From the NCBI GenBank assembly GCA_009785545.1, contig WQWD01000001.1:1344-65343 (forward strand): 64,000 nt of DNA, given 5' to 3'. Below, piece after piece: positions 13,887 to 24,421 of the stretch. Numbering within the stretch: the stretch's first letter is position 1; the number at the start of each line of letters is the position of its first letter. The notes under the pieces were generated by a model. The model had not been told where the DNA came from and made no database searches. It saw only the letters and a list, made by a program, of their open reading frames with translations. The DNA is from Treponema sp. GTDB lineage: Bacteria; Spirochaetota; Spirochaetia; Treponematales; Breznakiellaceae. The translations under genes were made by a program, and so were the position numbers.

Positions 13887-15755
13887 TTACCTAGCAGTCC
13901 TGGTAAAGCCAAACGCAGTATTCAACTGCGCACTTACAGTATCCCACAGGTTATCTCCATCCGGGTGACCAGCACCAGCACCGGCATCATGTAACATCGA
14001 AGCTCTGGAATAAACTCTGAAATCGTAAATAAAAGAACCGTCAGGAAAGCCTAAGTCCGCATCTCCCCCAGCACCTGAATTTACCAATAGAGATCTACCA
14101 AGATATCCAAAACGAAAGTCCTCCAACTCTGGGTCACCCGACCCATAAATAGGATTGGTTGCCAGCCTGCCGAAGCCTGTATTAAGCGGACCATTCATTG
14201 CCTGATTCCAGTTCCGTAAAATGCGGATATTACCGTTAGGCAGTCTTACAAGAGATATATGCAGCCACTGATCTATACGATGAGCCACGCCCAAACTATC
14301 TCCAACAACAACAGCATGTGGCACTGCATTTTGTGTGCCATCACCTTGACGACCTTGATTGTGACCAAGAGCACCGTGATCTAAGGCTCTTAACCACATA
14401 TTGTTATTTGTAAAGTTTAACGTACCACGCCAATTGTCGGCACTAGTTGTATTAATATTTTCATCATTGCCAAAACTCAACCATGTACCAACAGTGTTAA
14501 CGGGAACACGAACAAAGAACTCTATTGTCCACTCTGATTGCCGCAACAAGGCTCCTACTTTCGGACCAAGATCGATGTAGCCGCCATCACCTAAATTGAT
14601 GAAATACCCATAATTAAATTGCGCAAAACGAGTTTGTTCGCGTTCGCTTTGAGCAACAACCGCACCCCCTCTCAATGTCGGTTGAAAAAACTCGCCAGAC
14701 GGAGCCATGTTCCTAAACACACCGTGCTCATCTACCGCAAAATGTACATTCAGAAACTCTGACCATACAGCACCCTCACGCATTACCCGAACATTCCAAA
14801 CCTCGGTTTCAGACACATTGGAATCAGCTGCACTGGAAAAAGTTCCGGTCAGGGTCAGTTCGGCATGCTCGCTTCCAGAAGGCCGAGTTACAACACCAGC
14901 ATTGCTTAGAACAGCCGTATTACTTGAAACCCAAGTAACGCCCACATAAGAATCTCCTTGCGGAAGATTAATATCAGCGGCAACGGTGCTTAAATCGCCT
15001 AAAGCAACTCCCGCTCTTCTAATCCTGCTTGCAATCAGCGCAGCAACATCAAAAGCCTCAAGCACAGTTAAAGTAAATGTATCTTCATAACTTTGATCAT
15101 TAGCGTCGGTAACCAAAACTCTAAAATATTTTGTACCGTAAGTTAAAGCTGTGGTTCCTACAGTAAGTTCATCGCCATCAATTTCAAACAAGTTATTATT
15201 GTCATCGCCGATTCCGGTTACAAATGTAAATACGAATGGCGCAGTGCCGCCTGTAGCAGTAAAATCACCCACTCTCGCACTTGGAGCTACATTCGATTCA
15301 CCTTCTTGTAAATCGGGAACAGCCTCGAAATTAATTCCGGTTACAAGTACCGGTCCCGGCTGTGTTACAGTTAAAGTAAATGCCTCTTGACGAGTTTGCC
15401 CATTAGCGTCGGTAACCAAAACTCTAAAATATTTAGTACCGTGAGTTAAAGCAGCAGTTCCAACTCTAAGGTCGGTTCCATTAACCGTAAACAGACCGTT
15501 GTTAGTATCACCGGTTCCGGCTGTAAGAGTAAAAGTGAATGGCGCAGTGCCGCCTGTAGCAGTAAAACCGCCAACTCTGGCATTTACGGCTACATTTGAA
15601 GAGCCTTCCTGTAAACCGGAAACAACATTAAACCCAATGCCTGTTACTGAAGGGTGGTTGGGGGGGGCATCATCATTTGGACAGCCAGTAAATAAAACCA
15701 AGCTGAAAACTACCGCACAGATAAGTGCAAAAATAATAATTTTTCTCATTTTCAT
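13887..15755 (-). CDS. Lipoprotein: 2 cadherin-like Ig repeats + atrophied bacterial Ig + LamG/concanavalin-like domain
   Basis: Lipobox FTG-CP. Duplicated 101-aa unit. TWVSSNTAVLSNAGVVTRP (atrophied Ig). GYIDLG..WTIEF..QWLHISL..YLGRS..DFRVYSRA (LamG). Confidence 0.8.
   Translation of the reverse strand: MKMRKIIIFALICAVVFSLVLFTGCPNDDAPPNHPSVTGIGFNVVSGLQEGSSNVAVNARVGGFTATGGTAPFTFTLTAGTGDTNNGLFTVNGTDLRVGTAALTHGTKYFRVLVTDANGQTRQEAFTLTVTQPGPVLVTGINFEAVPDLQEGESNVAPSARVGDFTATGGTAPFVFTFVTGIGDDNNNLFEIDGDELTVGTTALTYGTKYFRVLVTDANDQSYEDTFTLTVLEAFDVAALIASRIRRAGVALGDLSTVAADINLPQGDSYVGVTWVSSNTAVLSNAGVVTRPSGSEHAELTLTGTFSSAADSNVSETEVWNVRVMREGAVWSEFLNVHFAVDEHGVFRNMAPSGEFFQPTLRGGAVVAQSEREQTRFAQFNYGYFINLGDGGYIDLGPKVGALLRQSEWTIEFFVRVPVNTVGTWLSFGNDENINTTSADNWRGTLNFTNNNMWLRALDHGALGHNQGRQGDGTQNAVPHAVVVGDSLGVAHRIDQWLHISLVRLPNGNIRILRNWNQAMNGPLNTGFGRLATNPIYGSGDPELEDFRFGYLGRSLLVNSGAGGDADLGFPDGSFIYDFRVYSRASMLHDAGAGAGHPDGDNLWDTVSAQLNTAFGFTRTAR
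15060..15650 (-). repeat. Intragenic tandem duplication, 303-bp period
   Basis: CATTAGCGTCGGTAACCAAAACTCTAAAATATTT occurs at 15098 and 15401. AATGGCGCAGTGCCGCCTGTAGCAGTAAAA is also duplicated. Confidence 0.9.
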
Positions 15756-15830
15756 TACTCCTATAAATTAAGATAGCTCTTCTTCAAAAAGCAAGCTAAA
15801 TTATTAAATTTACTTTGTACAATATGTAAG

Positions 15831-15848
15831 GTACAAAAGTACTATTTT
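15831..15848 (-). promoter_or_regulatory. Locus operator, copy 1
   Basis: AAAATAGTACTTTTGTAC on the coding strand, about 78 nt before the 15755 start. Confidence 0.75.
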
Positions 15849-18441
15849 ACTCTACATATGAGCCATAAACCGCAAACTGAAAAATAGTGTTGGCACGATC
15901 CCAGTTATGTATGTTGGGACTTTGGTTATTGGAGTTACGGCTGTTCCTTACTCTCTCCACGTTTAGTCTAATAAAGCGGTACGGATTATTATCTGATACC
16001 GTTGTAAACACAAAACCGGGAGCACCGTTGTTGCTTCTGTCTACAATTTGTGTCCAGGTAATGCCGTCCAAACTTCCATCAACAGTGAATACATAGGAAC
16101 CATCAGAGCCAGCTACAGTTTCGTTTGTTAGAGTAATCTCCCTGATAATTGACGGGCGCTCAAGGTCTACCGTCAAATTATGGGGAAATGTCATTTGTGT
16201 ATAACCACCATGCCATGTGGCTATCGCAGGGTTTGGGCGTCTGACTTCTATCCCATCGGTAAGATTTTGCAAACCCACTTGGTTAAATTGCGGAGGAGCG
16301 GTTACGGTCTTTCCCAGCGACAGGAAACGTCCCGGCCTGATCCCAATCAAGCCATGATTGGGATAGAACGCAATGACGTTAAACCAAGCGGAAGACGCAT
16401 GACTCCCATTAACAGCCATTTTTGAAAGACGACGAGGATTACCGGCATTTTCCTGTGCGATATTATTCCAGTGATTAGACCACCGCCAAGAATAAAAACC
16501 ATAAGCCCTTCTTCCATTTCCATAAGCCCACGACGCAAAACCGTTAAATTGTGAACCAAAAGTAACAGCATTTCCAATATCAACCAACGGACTCCATTCT
16601 CCGTCAACACCGGTAGAACTTACCGAAAAGGTGGTTTGCGTAGGATACCAGCCATTTTGCGCAGAAGACCCAAAAAATATATAATTCCCTATGCTTATCA
16701 TATCCGGAGTTTCTCGTGCCCCTTGCCCCGGAAGTGAAAATTCTCTGGAGACGACAGCTACAGGATATCTCCAATTCTGATCAAACTCAATCCAATTTTG
16801 CCTTCCAATAGCGGATGTGAGAGCAATAGGTACTCCGTCAACAAATGTAAATCTCTGATCTCTCGACTCATTCCCAAATGGGCGGCCTGAAAAGGTCATT
16901 TCACCCCAAACATTGCCGCCATTGGTATGAATATGAACAACCATGAGATGAGCCAGCCAATAATGATGAGTTGGCTGCCTATGGCATACAAGTACCCTGC
17001 TTCTCGCTTCATGATTGTTGTACCAGTGGACACCCTCGATTTTTATACCTCGTGCAGCATTCGCAATGATAGATGCTGGAGTTGGCCATTGTACGCCGTA
17101 ATTATCCCAGCTAGGATCATCCATAGTGCCATTGACAGGACCTTCCCAACAGCCAATTATTAAATCTTCCGTTCCACCGGGCGCATTTGGAACACGATGC
17201 CAATTTGACCAGCCTGTCATTCCATTTTCTGACCACCTGTATTCAAAATGAAGACGCCGATCAGCACCGTCACCAGCAGAACTACCGGTGACTTGCGCTC
17301 GGGTATCATACCAACGACCATCTGTCGCTTGCACTCCGCTGGGGCTTGCAGTTCCTGCAATAATAGGAATATGTTGATCACTGGCTTGGTTCGTATTGCT
17401 CCTGATATTACGATAGAACCACGAGCCCGGAGTGGCAGTTGCAACTTCCGCAGTAAAAGTGATTGGCGCAGATTTTATAAGCGCAGGCGGATTGCCTCTA
17501 CCAATGCGGTATGTGAATGTCCTGCCAATTTCCAAATCATAATCTTCGAATGTTGCACCTCGATTGGCTCCTATGAAAACGCCATCTCTGAATATGAAGT
17601 ATTCCTCAGCACCACGAGATGCCCAAGACAGCACAACATTGTTTGCGTTCACAGACATTAGATCAGCAGCAGTGATGTTTGTTGTTATTTGTTCCAGAAT
17701 AGCAAAAGGGGCAACAGTAACATACCATAAGTTTTCATCACTAAAACTTAAATCTGGATATTCATACACGGTTATGTTTCTTGCAATTTCTTCTACTCTG
17801 CCTCTTTCTACTCTTATCGTAATATAACCCGAATTGATAACTACAACATCTATTCTGTAGCGAATATCGCTGTTATCAATATTGACGAGAGTCGGGGCTG
17901 CATTTATCTCACCACTGCCGCCAGTGATAATAATATCTTCCATAGTCAACCCGGGGACTGCTCTGTTAAATTCGATATTTAATTCGGTAGTTTCACGGAG
18001 GTTTTCTCTTCCGTTAGGAGTAACAGTAAATCTGATAATACCCTCATCATGCACTGTTACGGTTCTGGCAGTTGAAACAACCCCTATTTTGTTTATTTGT
18101 ACCGTGATTTGCCCAAACCTGACTACCTCAACGCCAATTCTGTATAAGAAATCATTTTCGTTTATCAGGGGCGTACCTACGTTTACTTCACCACTAACAT
18201 TAGTGATGTTAATATTTTCCATAGTCAAACCGGGTACTGCTTCGGTAAAGAGAATACTTAACTCAGTAGTACTGGCAGTATCCGATCCATTTGCTGAAAC
18301 GAAAAACATGACACTTTCTTCTGTCTCACCATTGTTATTTTCCTCTTCATCAATGTCAGCGTCGCAAGCTGCAAGGAATAGCAGAGCAACAAATACTGCT
18401 GTTAATAATAACTTGAAGCTTTTAAATAATTTTTTCATCAC
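15847..18441 (-). CDS. Lipoprotein: Ig-like repeats + GH43_24-like beta-propeller + F5/8 type C (CBM32-like) domain
   Basis: Lipobox LAA-C. Motifs KIEG, RPFGNESRD, ARETP, SSAQNGWYPTQ and TFGSQ. C-terminal LTVDLE..FTVDGSLDGITWT..YRFIRL. Confidence 0.7.
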   Translation of the reverse strand: MMKKLFKSFKLLLTAVFVALLFLAACDADIDEEENNNGETEESVMFFVSANGSDTASTTELSILFTEAVPGLTMENINITNVSGEVNVGTPLINENDFLYRIGVEVVRFGQITVQINKIGVVSTARTVTVHDEGIIRFTVTPNGRENLRETTELNIEFNRAVPGLTMEDIIITGGSGEINAAPTLVNIDNSDIRYRIDVVVINSGYITIRVERGRVEEIARNITVYEYPDLSFSDENLWYVTVAPFAILEQITTNITAADLMSVNANNVVLSWASRGAEEYFIFRDGVFIGANRGATFEDYDLEIGRTFTYRIGRGNPPALIKSAPITFTAEVATATPGSWFYRNIRSNTNQASDQHIPIIAGTASPSGVQATDGRWYDTRAQVTGSSAGDGADRRLHFEYRWSENGMTGWSNWHRVPNAPGGTEDLIIGCWEGPVNGTMDDPSWDNYGVQWPTPASIIANAARGIKIEGVHWYNNHEARSRVLVCHRQPTHHYWLAHLMVVHIHTNGGNVWGEMTFSGRPFGNESRDQRFTFVDGVPIALTSAIGRQNWIEFDQNWRYPVAVVSREFSLPGQGARETPDMISIGNYIFFGSSAQNGWYPTQTTFSVSSTGVDGEWSPLVDIGNAVTFGSQFNGFASWAYGNGRRAYGFYSWRWSNHWNNIAQENAGNPRRLSKMAVNGSHASSAWFNVIAFYPNHGLIGIRPGRFLSLGKTVTAPPQFNQVGLQNLTDGIEVRRPNPAIATWHGGYTQMTFPHNLTVDLERPSIIREITLTNETVAGSDGSYVFTVDGSLDGITWTQIVDRSNNGAPGFVFTTVSDNNPYRFIRLNVERVRNSRNSNNQSPNIHNWDRANTIFQFAVYGSYVE

Positions 18442-18466
18442 TGCTGCTACTCCTTCAATCTGTTAT

Positions 18467-19831
18467 CTACCAGGAAACTACTATACCAACAGGAATGCTA
18501 AAGGCATATCTGTCGTTCTGTAAAACCTGAGAGCTAAGCGGGGTTCCGTAGGTGTTCATTTCGAATTTAAGCCCACCACGGAGCTGAACATTATCGGTGA
18601 TATTATACCTAGCAAGACCTTCAACGATGAACGTATGTCTGCCAAAATCATGCTCTCTGGCACCACCCATGTTTTTAATTGTCGCAAAATAATTACGCAC
18701 CATTAAAGTCCCCCTCAAGGTTTGCGTAAATACATACTCAATATGCAGCTCGTTGTACAGAACAAATCCCCTCTCATCATCCAACAAATGAATTGGCACA
18801 TATTGTGCGGCAAAAGTGTCTTCCGCCGCCAAAGTGTGGAAACTAACGTTGTTGAATAACCCAACTGTTAAACCAGGAATGATGTCAGTAAAATTAATAT
18901 CAAGGTGAACGGCATTTTTAAGCGGTTTTCTGATTTCATCGTCTGAGTCAACCGTTGCTCTATAGCTTAAATGACCAGAATAGCCCACGCCAATTTGAAG
19001 TCTGTCAATCTCTACGATCCCGTACAAGCCAAAGTTGTGGTATACAGTGCCAAGATCTAAAGTTCCTAAGCCGGCTTGCGTACGGTTTATCCGATATGCC
19101 ATTCCGACAGTAAGTAATTGCGGCATAGTATATTTTAAAGAACCGCCGAAGTTATAGGTCGAGTATGCAGGAACAATTGTGTCTCCGATGTCACCAGTTT
19201 GACCAGAACCATCGGCTACTCTTCTGCCAAGCCAATATTCATTAGGTGCAAAAAAACCACTGATCTGAACTTCACCAAGATGACCAAGGGGGATAATACC
19301 TGTAGGCATGAAACCAATAACATTGCTGCCCAAACCAAGAGAGTCAGATGAAGTAATTACCAAGTCAGGGTGACCACCAAAACCTTCACCAATACCAAAG
19401 AGCATTACACCCAAATCTCTGTCGCCGCCTATTTTTTCCACCACTCTTGCAGTGAATCTACCAATCTGCCCACGAAAATGAGGACCAATTCTTCCCCATG
19501 CTGTAACATCTTCAATTAACGGCAAGTTGTTATTCATTAAATTTTCGAACCTAAAGCCAATTTTTGCACCAAATCGCCCGTCAGGATCCGTGTATCTCAT
19601 GTCAAATTCTGTGTCGTTAAAATTGGGATTTCTCATGAAAAACAAACTGTTTTCCCTGGGCATTTCCGCTTCCTCAATAAAAAAATCAGTCCTAATATCT
19701 TGATGAAGAAATTGCACAAAATCCGCGGCAACCTCAACTCTTACTCTAAAACCGCTTTCTTCTGCAAATAATGCGGCAGAGCCAAAGACAACAAAAACCA
19801 AAAACATAGCTGCAAATTTCATTCTTCCCAT
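18467..19831 (-). CDS. Predicted outer-membrane beta-barrel protein (paralogue 1)
   Basis: SPI signal (ALFA-EE), many alternating amphipathic strands, aromatic C-terminus FSIPVGIVVSW. Aligns by eye with 59662..61191. Confidence 0.75.
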   Translation of the reverse strand: MGRMKFAAMFLVFVVFGSAALFAEESGFRVRVEVAADFVQFLHQDIRTDFFIEEAEMPRENSLFFMRNPNFNDTEFDMRYTDPDGRFGAKIGFRFENLMNNNLPLIEDVTAWGRIGPHFRGQIGRFTARVVEKIGGDRDLGVMLFGIGEGFGGHPDLVITSSDSLGLGSNVIGFMPTGIIPLGHLGEVQISGFFAPNEYWLGRRVADGSGQTGDIGDTIVPAYSTYNFGGSLKYTMPQLLTVGMAYRINRTQAGLGTLDLGTVYHNFGLYGIVEIDRLQIGVGYSGHLSYRATVDSDDEIRKPLKNAVHLDINFTDIIPGLTVGLFNNVSFHTLAAEDTFAAQYVPIHLLDDERGFVLYNELHIEYVFTQTLRGTLMVRNYFATIKNMGGAREHDFGRHTFIVEGLARYNITDNVQLRGGLKFEMNTYGTPLSSQVLQNDRYAFSIPVGIVVSW

Positions 19832-19886
19832 TAAAATTCTCCTTTAAAAAATTTTTTACTTTAAAAAATTCCTTACTTTCATTATG

Positions 19887-19939
19887 AGTACCAGCCACAT
19901 TTGGTGACCGGTACTTCTAAACTGAATAACATTCAGTTT
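19887..19939 (-). promoter_or_regulatory. Two tandem stem-loops upstream of barrel gene 1
   Basis: AAACTGAAT-GTT-ATTCAGTTT, then AGTACCGGTCAC-CAAAT-GTGGCTGGTACT with two G-U pairs on the minus strand. Confidence 0.65.
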
Positions 19940-19947
19940 TGTTAAAA

Positions 19948-22900
19948 TTATGGCCTTAGCCGATCCTGGAATGAGTTCAACCATCCAAGCCATTCGTAGT
20001 ACAATCCTGGGTTTTGCTTACCGGGGTTGTGATACCAGTCCATAGAACAACCAAAAGCGTCCTGTAACATCACGTAGTAGTCAATCAGGTTTTGCGGAAA
20101 CCCTGAATAAACCCACATACTTGGCGAAGTACCTCCTGATGAATCTCTTACAGGAGGAGGTGTATCCATCAATGAATTGGCAAAAGGACCTAAATCATAG
20201 ACAAAATCCTGCCATCTCCATTCCTGCATCCACCTTGCGCGAGCTCCTGCAGCACCGTTAGGTGGATGAGGAGCAACAGTTGCACCTGTTGTTGTAACTC
20301 TCATAGGAAGCCAAATATAACGGGCATCGTAGTTTTTAGTATTGTCCCAGCTATCAGCCATGTGGATATATTTGCCCCATACCAGTCTGCCTGCACGAGG
20401 TTCCGGCATAGATGTTTCCCCGAATATTGGACGCAGGTAAATGCCATCATCCCAAAGACGCCTTAGCTCTCCATAGTAAAGCTGAGGAGTATTAAACACA
20501 TTTACATCTATGTCAACAAAGTTAGCATCAAGAAAGCCAATAACATCCCATATATAAGGCGGGAAGCGAAGCTGTTGCACATGAGTAACCTGTCCGTCAA
20601 AACCCTTAGTAATTACAGACCCGTCATCTGCTGCTCCAAACATGAAGGAGCTGGCAGTACCGGTCATAGTCCCTCCAGTCCCCTGAATAGTTATCCAGCC
20701 CGTACTGTTCTGCCATGTACCACCAGGCGGTTGATTATTTGGAGTACCCCAAACAGCATCAAAGTTAGCAGAAACGTTTGTTGTCCCTACAGGCGGCTTA
20801 ATGTTAAAAGGATAAGGCGCACCTAAAATCCTGCCGCCCGGTCGAGAAGTACGGTAAACACCTAACGGATTGGGGAACCAGCCGGTTGAGGTTGAAGAAG
20901 CAACAAAGTAAAGAACATCTTCTCTGACGCCATCTGCATTTAGCGGTGAAAGCGGACCTAAAGTACCGTCAGGATTTACGTATCCTTCATAAGTCATATT
21001 CGGTGTGATGAAATGGACAAATGGTGCTGGAGCCTCCCTCTGCGGACCGAAAACCCAATTGAAATTGTGACCTAACCTGTTGTCGTGACCTTCCAAAAGT
21101 AATTCGTCAGAACTATTACCAACGGAAAAGCGCGGAACCCCAATAAACCTTGTATAGGTTTCATCAAGCATTGTTATTGCCAAAACTCTGTTTTCCTGAG
21201 TGGAACCAAAATGGAAAGCAGTACCGCAACTATCTATAAAAACGCTCTGGTCGCGGGTCATCCCCATATGATTTGTTTGGTCCCAAACACCTTCAACAAA
21301 GGGAAGCTTGTATGACCATAGTTTTTTGAAAGGACCGGCAGGGTGCTGTGCGACAGAAACTGTCACCCTCGCAGTGCCGTAACCAATGCCAATAACACCT
21401 CCTTCAACATGAGTAAACATAACGTACGGGAAAACACCGGTGGAATCCCTAAAAGGTGTAATGGGGTTACCTGTAAGTGCATGTACGCCTGTACCTGCAT
21501 TGTAGATTACTTTTGGCCGCTCAACAGTTGTGCGGTGATTCCACCAACGGTACAATTGCTTGCGCCGCCAAACCGGAGTATCACGATACAAAGCATTGAG
21601 TTGCCGTACTCTTTCCGCAGTCAGCCCCATAGCTCTCGCAAAAGGCCTAGCAGCAGAATCTTGATAAAGATACAACGGTGGGCCAAGTTCTCTATCCGCA
21701 CAACACCCTGTTGGGCAGTCTCTGTGTCTTGTGGGGATAAAATTTCTTATTGCAGCCCATGCATCCATCTGAGCTTGTCTAGGCATGGGACCTCTTAAGA
21801 GTGTTGGTGGATCCCATATCATGTAATCTCCCATATTCTGACCTGATCCATCCGGACTGTTATTTCTCATTCGCCCATTAGGAAACCACTCTCCACCGGG
21901 GGTAATAAAACCGTCTGCGTCCCAATCACCCAGTGTTCTGCGCCAATGGTTCACAGCCCACATAAACCCATGTGTCGCAGTTGTTCCTGCCGGCCAATTA
22001 TCTGCCGGTCGATTGAAACCACTGGCGTTAAATCTGGTACCGTCCCAGCCTCCCGGAAAACCGTTCGGATCATGGGAGTGAGATTCGCGCCATTCCGGTT
22101 CGTCGAATATAGTATTATTGAAAATGGGGAAGGCAACACCTTCATCTCTCCAGTTGTACAAGTCGGCAGAGGAAAATGCGTGAACGCCCGGCTGCCCGCC
22201 TCCTGTCATTGCACTCCAATCAGCAGAGTCGAAACCTCCAACACGAGTCCCCCAGTTTAACCTGCTCTCACCGTACCACCACCATCTTTGTGTGTGGCGA
22301 TCCCACATTAACCCACCTCCATGGGCTGAAACGTGGTTGCCATTGTTGTCAGCCCAAAGTATCTTCTGGGCAAAGCGGTTAAATGTATCGGGTCTTGCAC
22401 GCTGGGCAAAAAGCCTGGCAAAATGGTCGATATTTGTTCTATAAAAATCAATCTGCTCCTGGATTACACCTGCGGAGTTTTCCAAAAACCTTTGTGCATG
22501 ACCACCGTAGTTGATCAAAATAGCATTGGTAAAACCATAATTTGCAGGAAGAGCCGAACGTATCGCATTAGACCTTCTGACACTTTCATACAAACCGGAC
22601 ATATCAACTGTAAAGGGGCGATCTGTCCGGTAGACATGAAGCCTGGAAACTTGTGTAACCATCGACAACCTGCCAGCCCAGTGGTTACGGTAGCCATCAA
22701 GCATACGGAATGTAAGGAAGCGCCCGCTTGCGGAATCAAAAGTTGCAACAAAGCGGTGGTTATCTCCCTGATCCGGTCTGATAATCAGATTTGCTGTCCG
22801 CTCAAGGACACGCCACCAACCAAAACCAACCCGTCTATCCATTGGAAATTCATCGCCGGGCAAAATGGGAGTGTCGGTCAGGAAAATCTCGAATACCGTT

Positions 22901-23439
22901 ACAATCCCGTTACTATTGACTGAAGAAGCACTTCCACCGAATTGACCAGTAGAAGCATCACCAAAATTTGCCCAACCTTCCTGATAGCCACCGGGTTGCG
23001 CCCACTGCCAAACCGGAAAATACTCTACCCTGGAAATATTGTCCATGTGCATACCTAAATCAATTTGAACCCAATGAGGCCCGTAAAATTCCGGACTTGG
23101 GTGTTGTGCCATACCCCCACCTGGTGTCATACCCCAGCCCCAGAATAAATTATCGTTACTATCAAGAATAACTCCGGGATCCTGGTTAACTGCACCTGCT
23201 TCCGGAGTTGCACCCACGCCGCCATTACTTGTATAAGCAAGACCGCCGGAAACTGTTACAGCATTAACACCCCTAGTTAACGGTACACGGATAAAATTTG
23301 GGGTATTTTGGGCTACCCGATCCGCCGAAAGTGTTAAAGATTCCGGTGAAAAAACTTCCGAACAGGAGAGCAGCATTACCCCGGCAAACAATATTATTGC
23401 TGCAAATGCAACAACACAAAATTTTCTGTTTCTATTCAT
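19948..23439 (-). CDS. Lipoprotein: discoidin-like domain + GH43_24 (exo-beta-1,3-galactanase-like) with large insertions
   Basis: Lipobox LLS-C. Motifs W.DNNGNHVSAHGGG, WWWYGE, SSADLYNWRDEG, VERPKVIYN, MTRDQSVFID, QREAPA, STGWFPNP, FDGQ, YIHMADSW and RYIWLP. Confidence 0.85.
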   Translation of the reverse strand: MNRNRKFCVVAFAAIILFAGVMLLSCSEVFSPESLTLSADRVAQNTPNFIRVPLTRGVNAVTVSGGLAYTSNGGVGATPEAGAVNQDPGVILDSNDNLFWGWGMTPGGGMAQHPSPEFYGPHWVQIDLGMHMDNISRVEYFPVWQWAQPGGYQEGWANFGDASTGQFGGSASSVNSNGIVTVFEIFLTDTPILPGDEFPMDRRVGFGWWRVLERTANLIIRPDQGDNHRFVATFDSASGRFLTFRMLDGYRNHWAGRLSMVTQVSRLHVYRTDRPFTVDMSGLYESVRRSNAIRSALPANYGFTNAILINYGGHAQRFLENSAGVIQEQIDFYRTNIDHFARLFAQRARPDTFNRFAQKILWADNNGNHVSAHGGGLMWDRHTQRWWWYGESRLNWGTRVGGFDSADWSAMTGGGQPGVHAFSSADLYNWRDEGVAFPIFNNTIFDEPEWRESHSHDPNGFPGGWDGTRFNASGFNRPADNWPAGTTATHGFMWAVNHWRRTLGDWDADGFITPGGEWFPNGRMRNNSPDGSGQNMGDYMIWDPPTLLRGPMPRQAQMDAWAAIRNFIPTRHRDCPTGCCADRELGPPLYLYQDSAARPFARAMGLTAERVRQLNALYRDTPVWRRKQLYRWWNHRTTVERPKVIYNAGTGVHALTGNPITPFRDSTGVFPYVMFTHVEGGVIGIGYGTARVTVSVAQHPAGPFKKLWSYKLPFVEGVWDQTNHMGMTRDQSVFIDSCGTAFHFGSTQENRVLAITMLDETYTRFIGVPRFSVGNSSDELLLEGHDNRLGHNFNWVFGPQREAPAPFVHFITPNMTYEGYVNPDGTLGPLSPLNADGVREDVLYFVASSTSTGWFPNPLGVYRTSRPGGRILGAPYPFNIKPPVGTTNVSANFDAVWGTPNNQPPGGTWQNSTGWITIQGTGGTMTGTASSFMFGAADDGSVITKGFDGQVTHVQQLRFPPYIWDVIGFLDANFVDIDVNVFNTPQLYYGELRRLWDDGIYLRPIFGETSMPEPRAGRLVWGKYIHMADSWDNTKNYDARYIWLPMRVTTTGATVAPHPPNGAAGARARWMQEWRWQDFVYDLGPFANSLMDTPPPVRDSSGGTSPSMWVYSGFPQNLIDYYVMLQDAFGCSMDWYHNPGKQNPGLYYEWLGWLNSFQDRLRP

Positions 23440-23457
23440 AATTACCTCTCATAAAAA

Positions 23458-24393
23458 TTAGCTTAAAATAATTTCAGGCGGTCTTCGCGGCGGATTCAGT
23501 ATGTAAATCTGAGCCAAAATTCTATCCGCTGCCTGGTTAATCTGTAACTGCTGTAAAAACAGCATTTCAGGTGTTACCTCAACTCCCACCCCAAATTCGA
23601 ATTCTAATAGAGGGGTAGCATCTTCCACCGCATCTAAAAGACGTCGCCGGCGAACGTCGGTTATCGAAGTATTAAAGAGTAAGTTTCTTCCTTCAATAAC
23701 GACCGCAGTCAGATAGGCAAAACACAGCTCAGTGCCAATAGTCCTGAAAATAATATTCGCAGCACTGGCGTTCCTGGCAGCAGCCCCGACAGTGTCCGCA
23801 TATCTCCAGCGAATCTGAATGTAGCGAAAGCTAACTGTTTGTGCAGAGGTTAAGTAAATATAAGCCATCCCCGCTATGTGGGCGACAGTGCCGGTATCCA
23901 GCAAATGAATGCCAGCATCTGCTGTATTCCAACCGAAATCTCTTGTGGAAACAAATATTTCATAACTGTGACCGGTAACACCAAGACCTCCGCCTACAGT
24001 CCCACGAACATACCCAATGACACCTGTTCTTTGGGGACCTATTTCTACTAACTCCCCAAGATCCAAGGTAATCCAGTGTGCTCCACGCAACGGAACTCCC
24101 TCATCAGATTCATGACCATTGTTTACACCGGAATGCCACCAATTGCTGTTATCGCCGTTTACAGCCCAATCAGCCGGCCCGGCGGTGCTAGTAGCCGGCT
24201 CCTGATGACAACAAGCGCTGGCAACAATTGGGTTGCTTCCGCCTATAGCCCCACGCAAACCTGGGATACCTTCTAATCTACCCCAAAAATCATCTGGAGA
24301 CAGACCAAAATTTGATGCCATGTTCTCCAACTGACAGGTGGTAAATGCCAAGATTCCTAATATTAGTACCGGAATCATCCATAATTTCTTCAC
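23458..24393 (-). CDS. Lipoprotein with discoidin/F5-8 type C-like domain and helical C-terminal module
   Basis: Lipobox FTT-C. AVNGDNSNWWHS..AHWITLDLG..YEIFVST..FRYIQIR. GTG start with GGAGG RBS. Confidence 0.7.
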   Translation of the reverse strand: MKKLWMIPVLILGILAFTTCQLENMASNFGLSPDDFWGRLEGIPGLRGAIGGSNPIVASACCHQEPATSTAGPADWAVNGDNSNWWHSGVNNGHESDEGVPLRGAHWITLDLGELVEIGPQRTGVIGYVRGTVGGGLGVTGHSYEIFVSTRDFGWNTADAGIHLLDTGTVAHIAGMAYIYLTSAQTVSFRYIQIRWRYADTVGAAARNASAANIIFRTIGTELCFAYLTAVVIEGRNLLFNTSITDVRRRRLLDAVEDATPLLEFEFGVGVEVTPEMLFLQQLQINQAADRILAQIYILNPPRRPPEIILS

Positions 24394-24421
24394 TTTATAC
24401 TTCCTCCTATATGCCTTTGGG

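Noticed and set aside
17882-18523. 213-aa plus-strand ORF and other long antisense ORFs (25011..25721, 22333..22923, 38339..38980, 60193..60729)
   Set aside because: They are shadows of well-supported opposite-strand genes and have no recognisable motifs.
18467-19831. Barrel proteins as SusC/TonB-dependent receptors, or as Msp/Tpr
   Set aside because: At 450-550 aa they are too short for SusC, with no plug or TonB box. No Msp/Tpr motif could be recognised with confidence.
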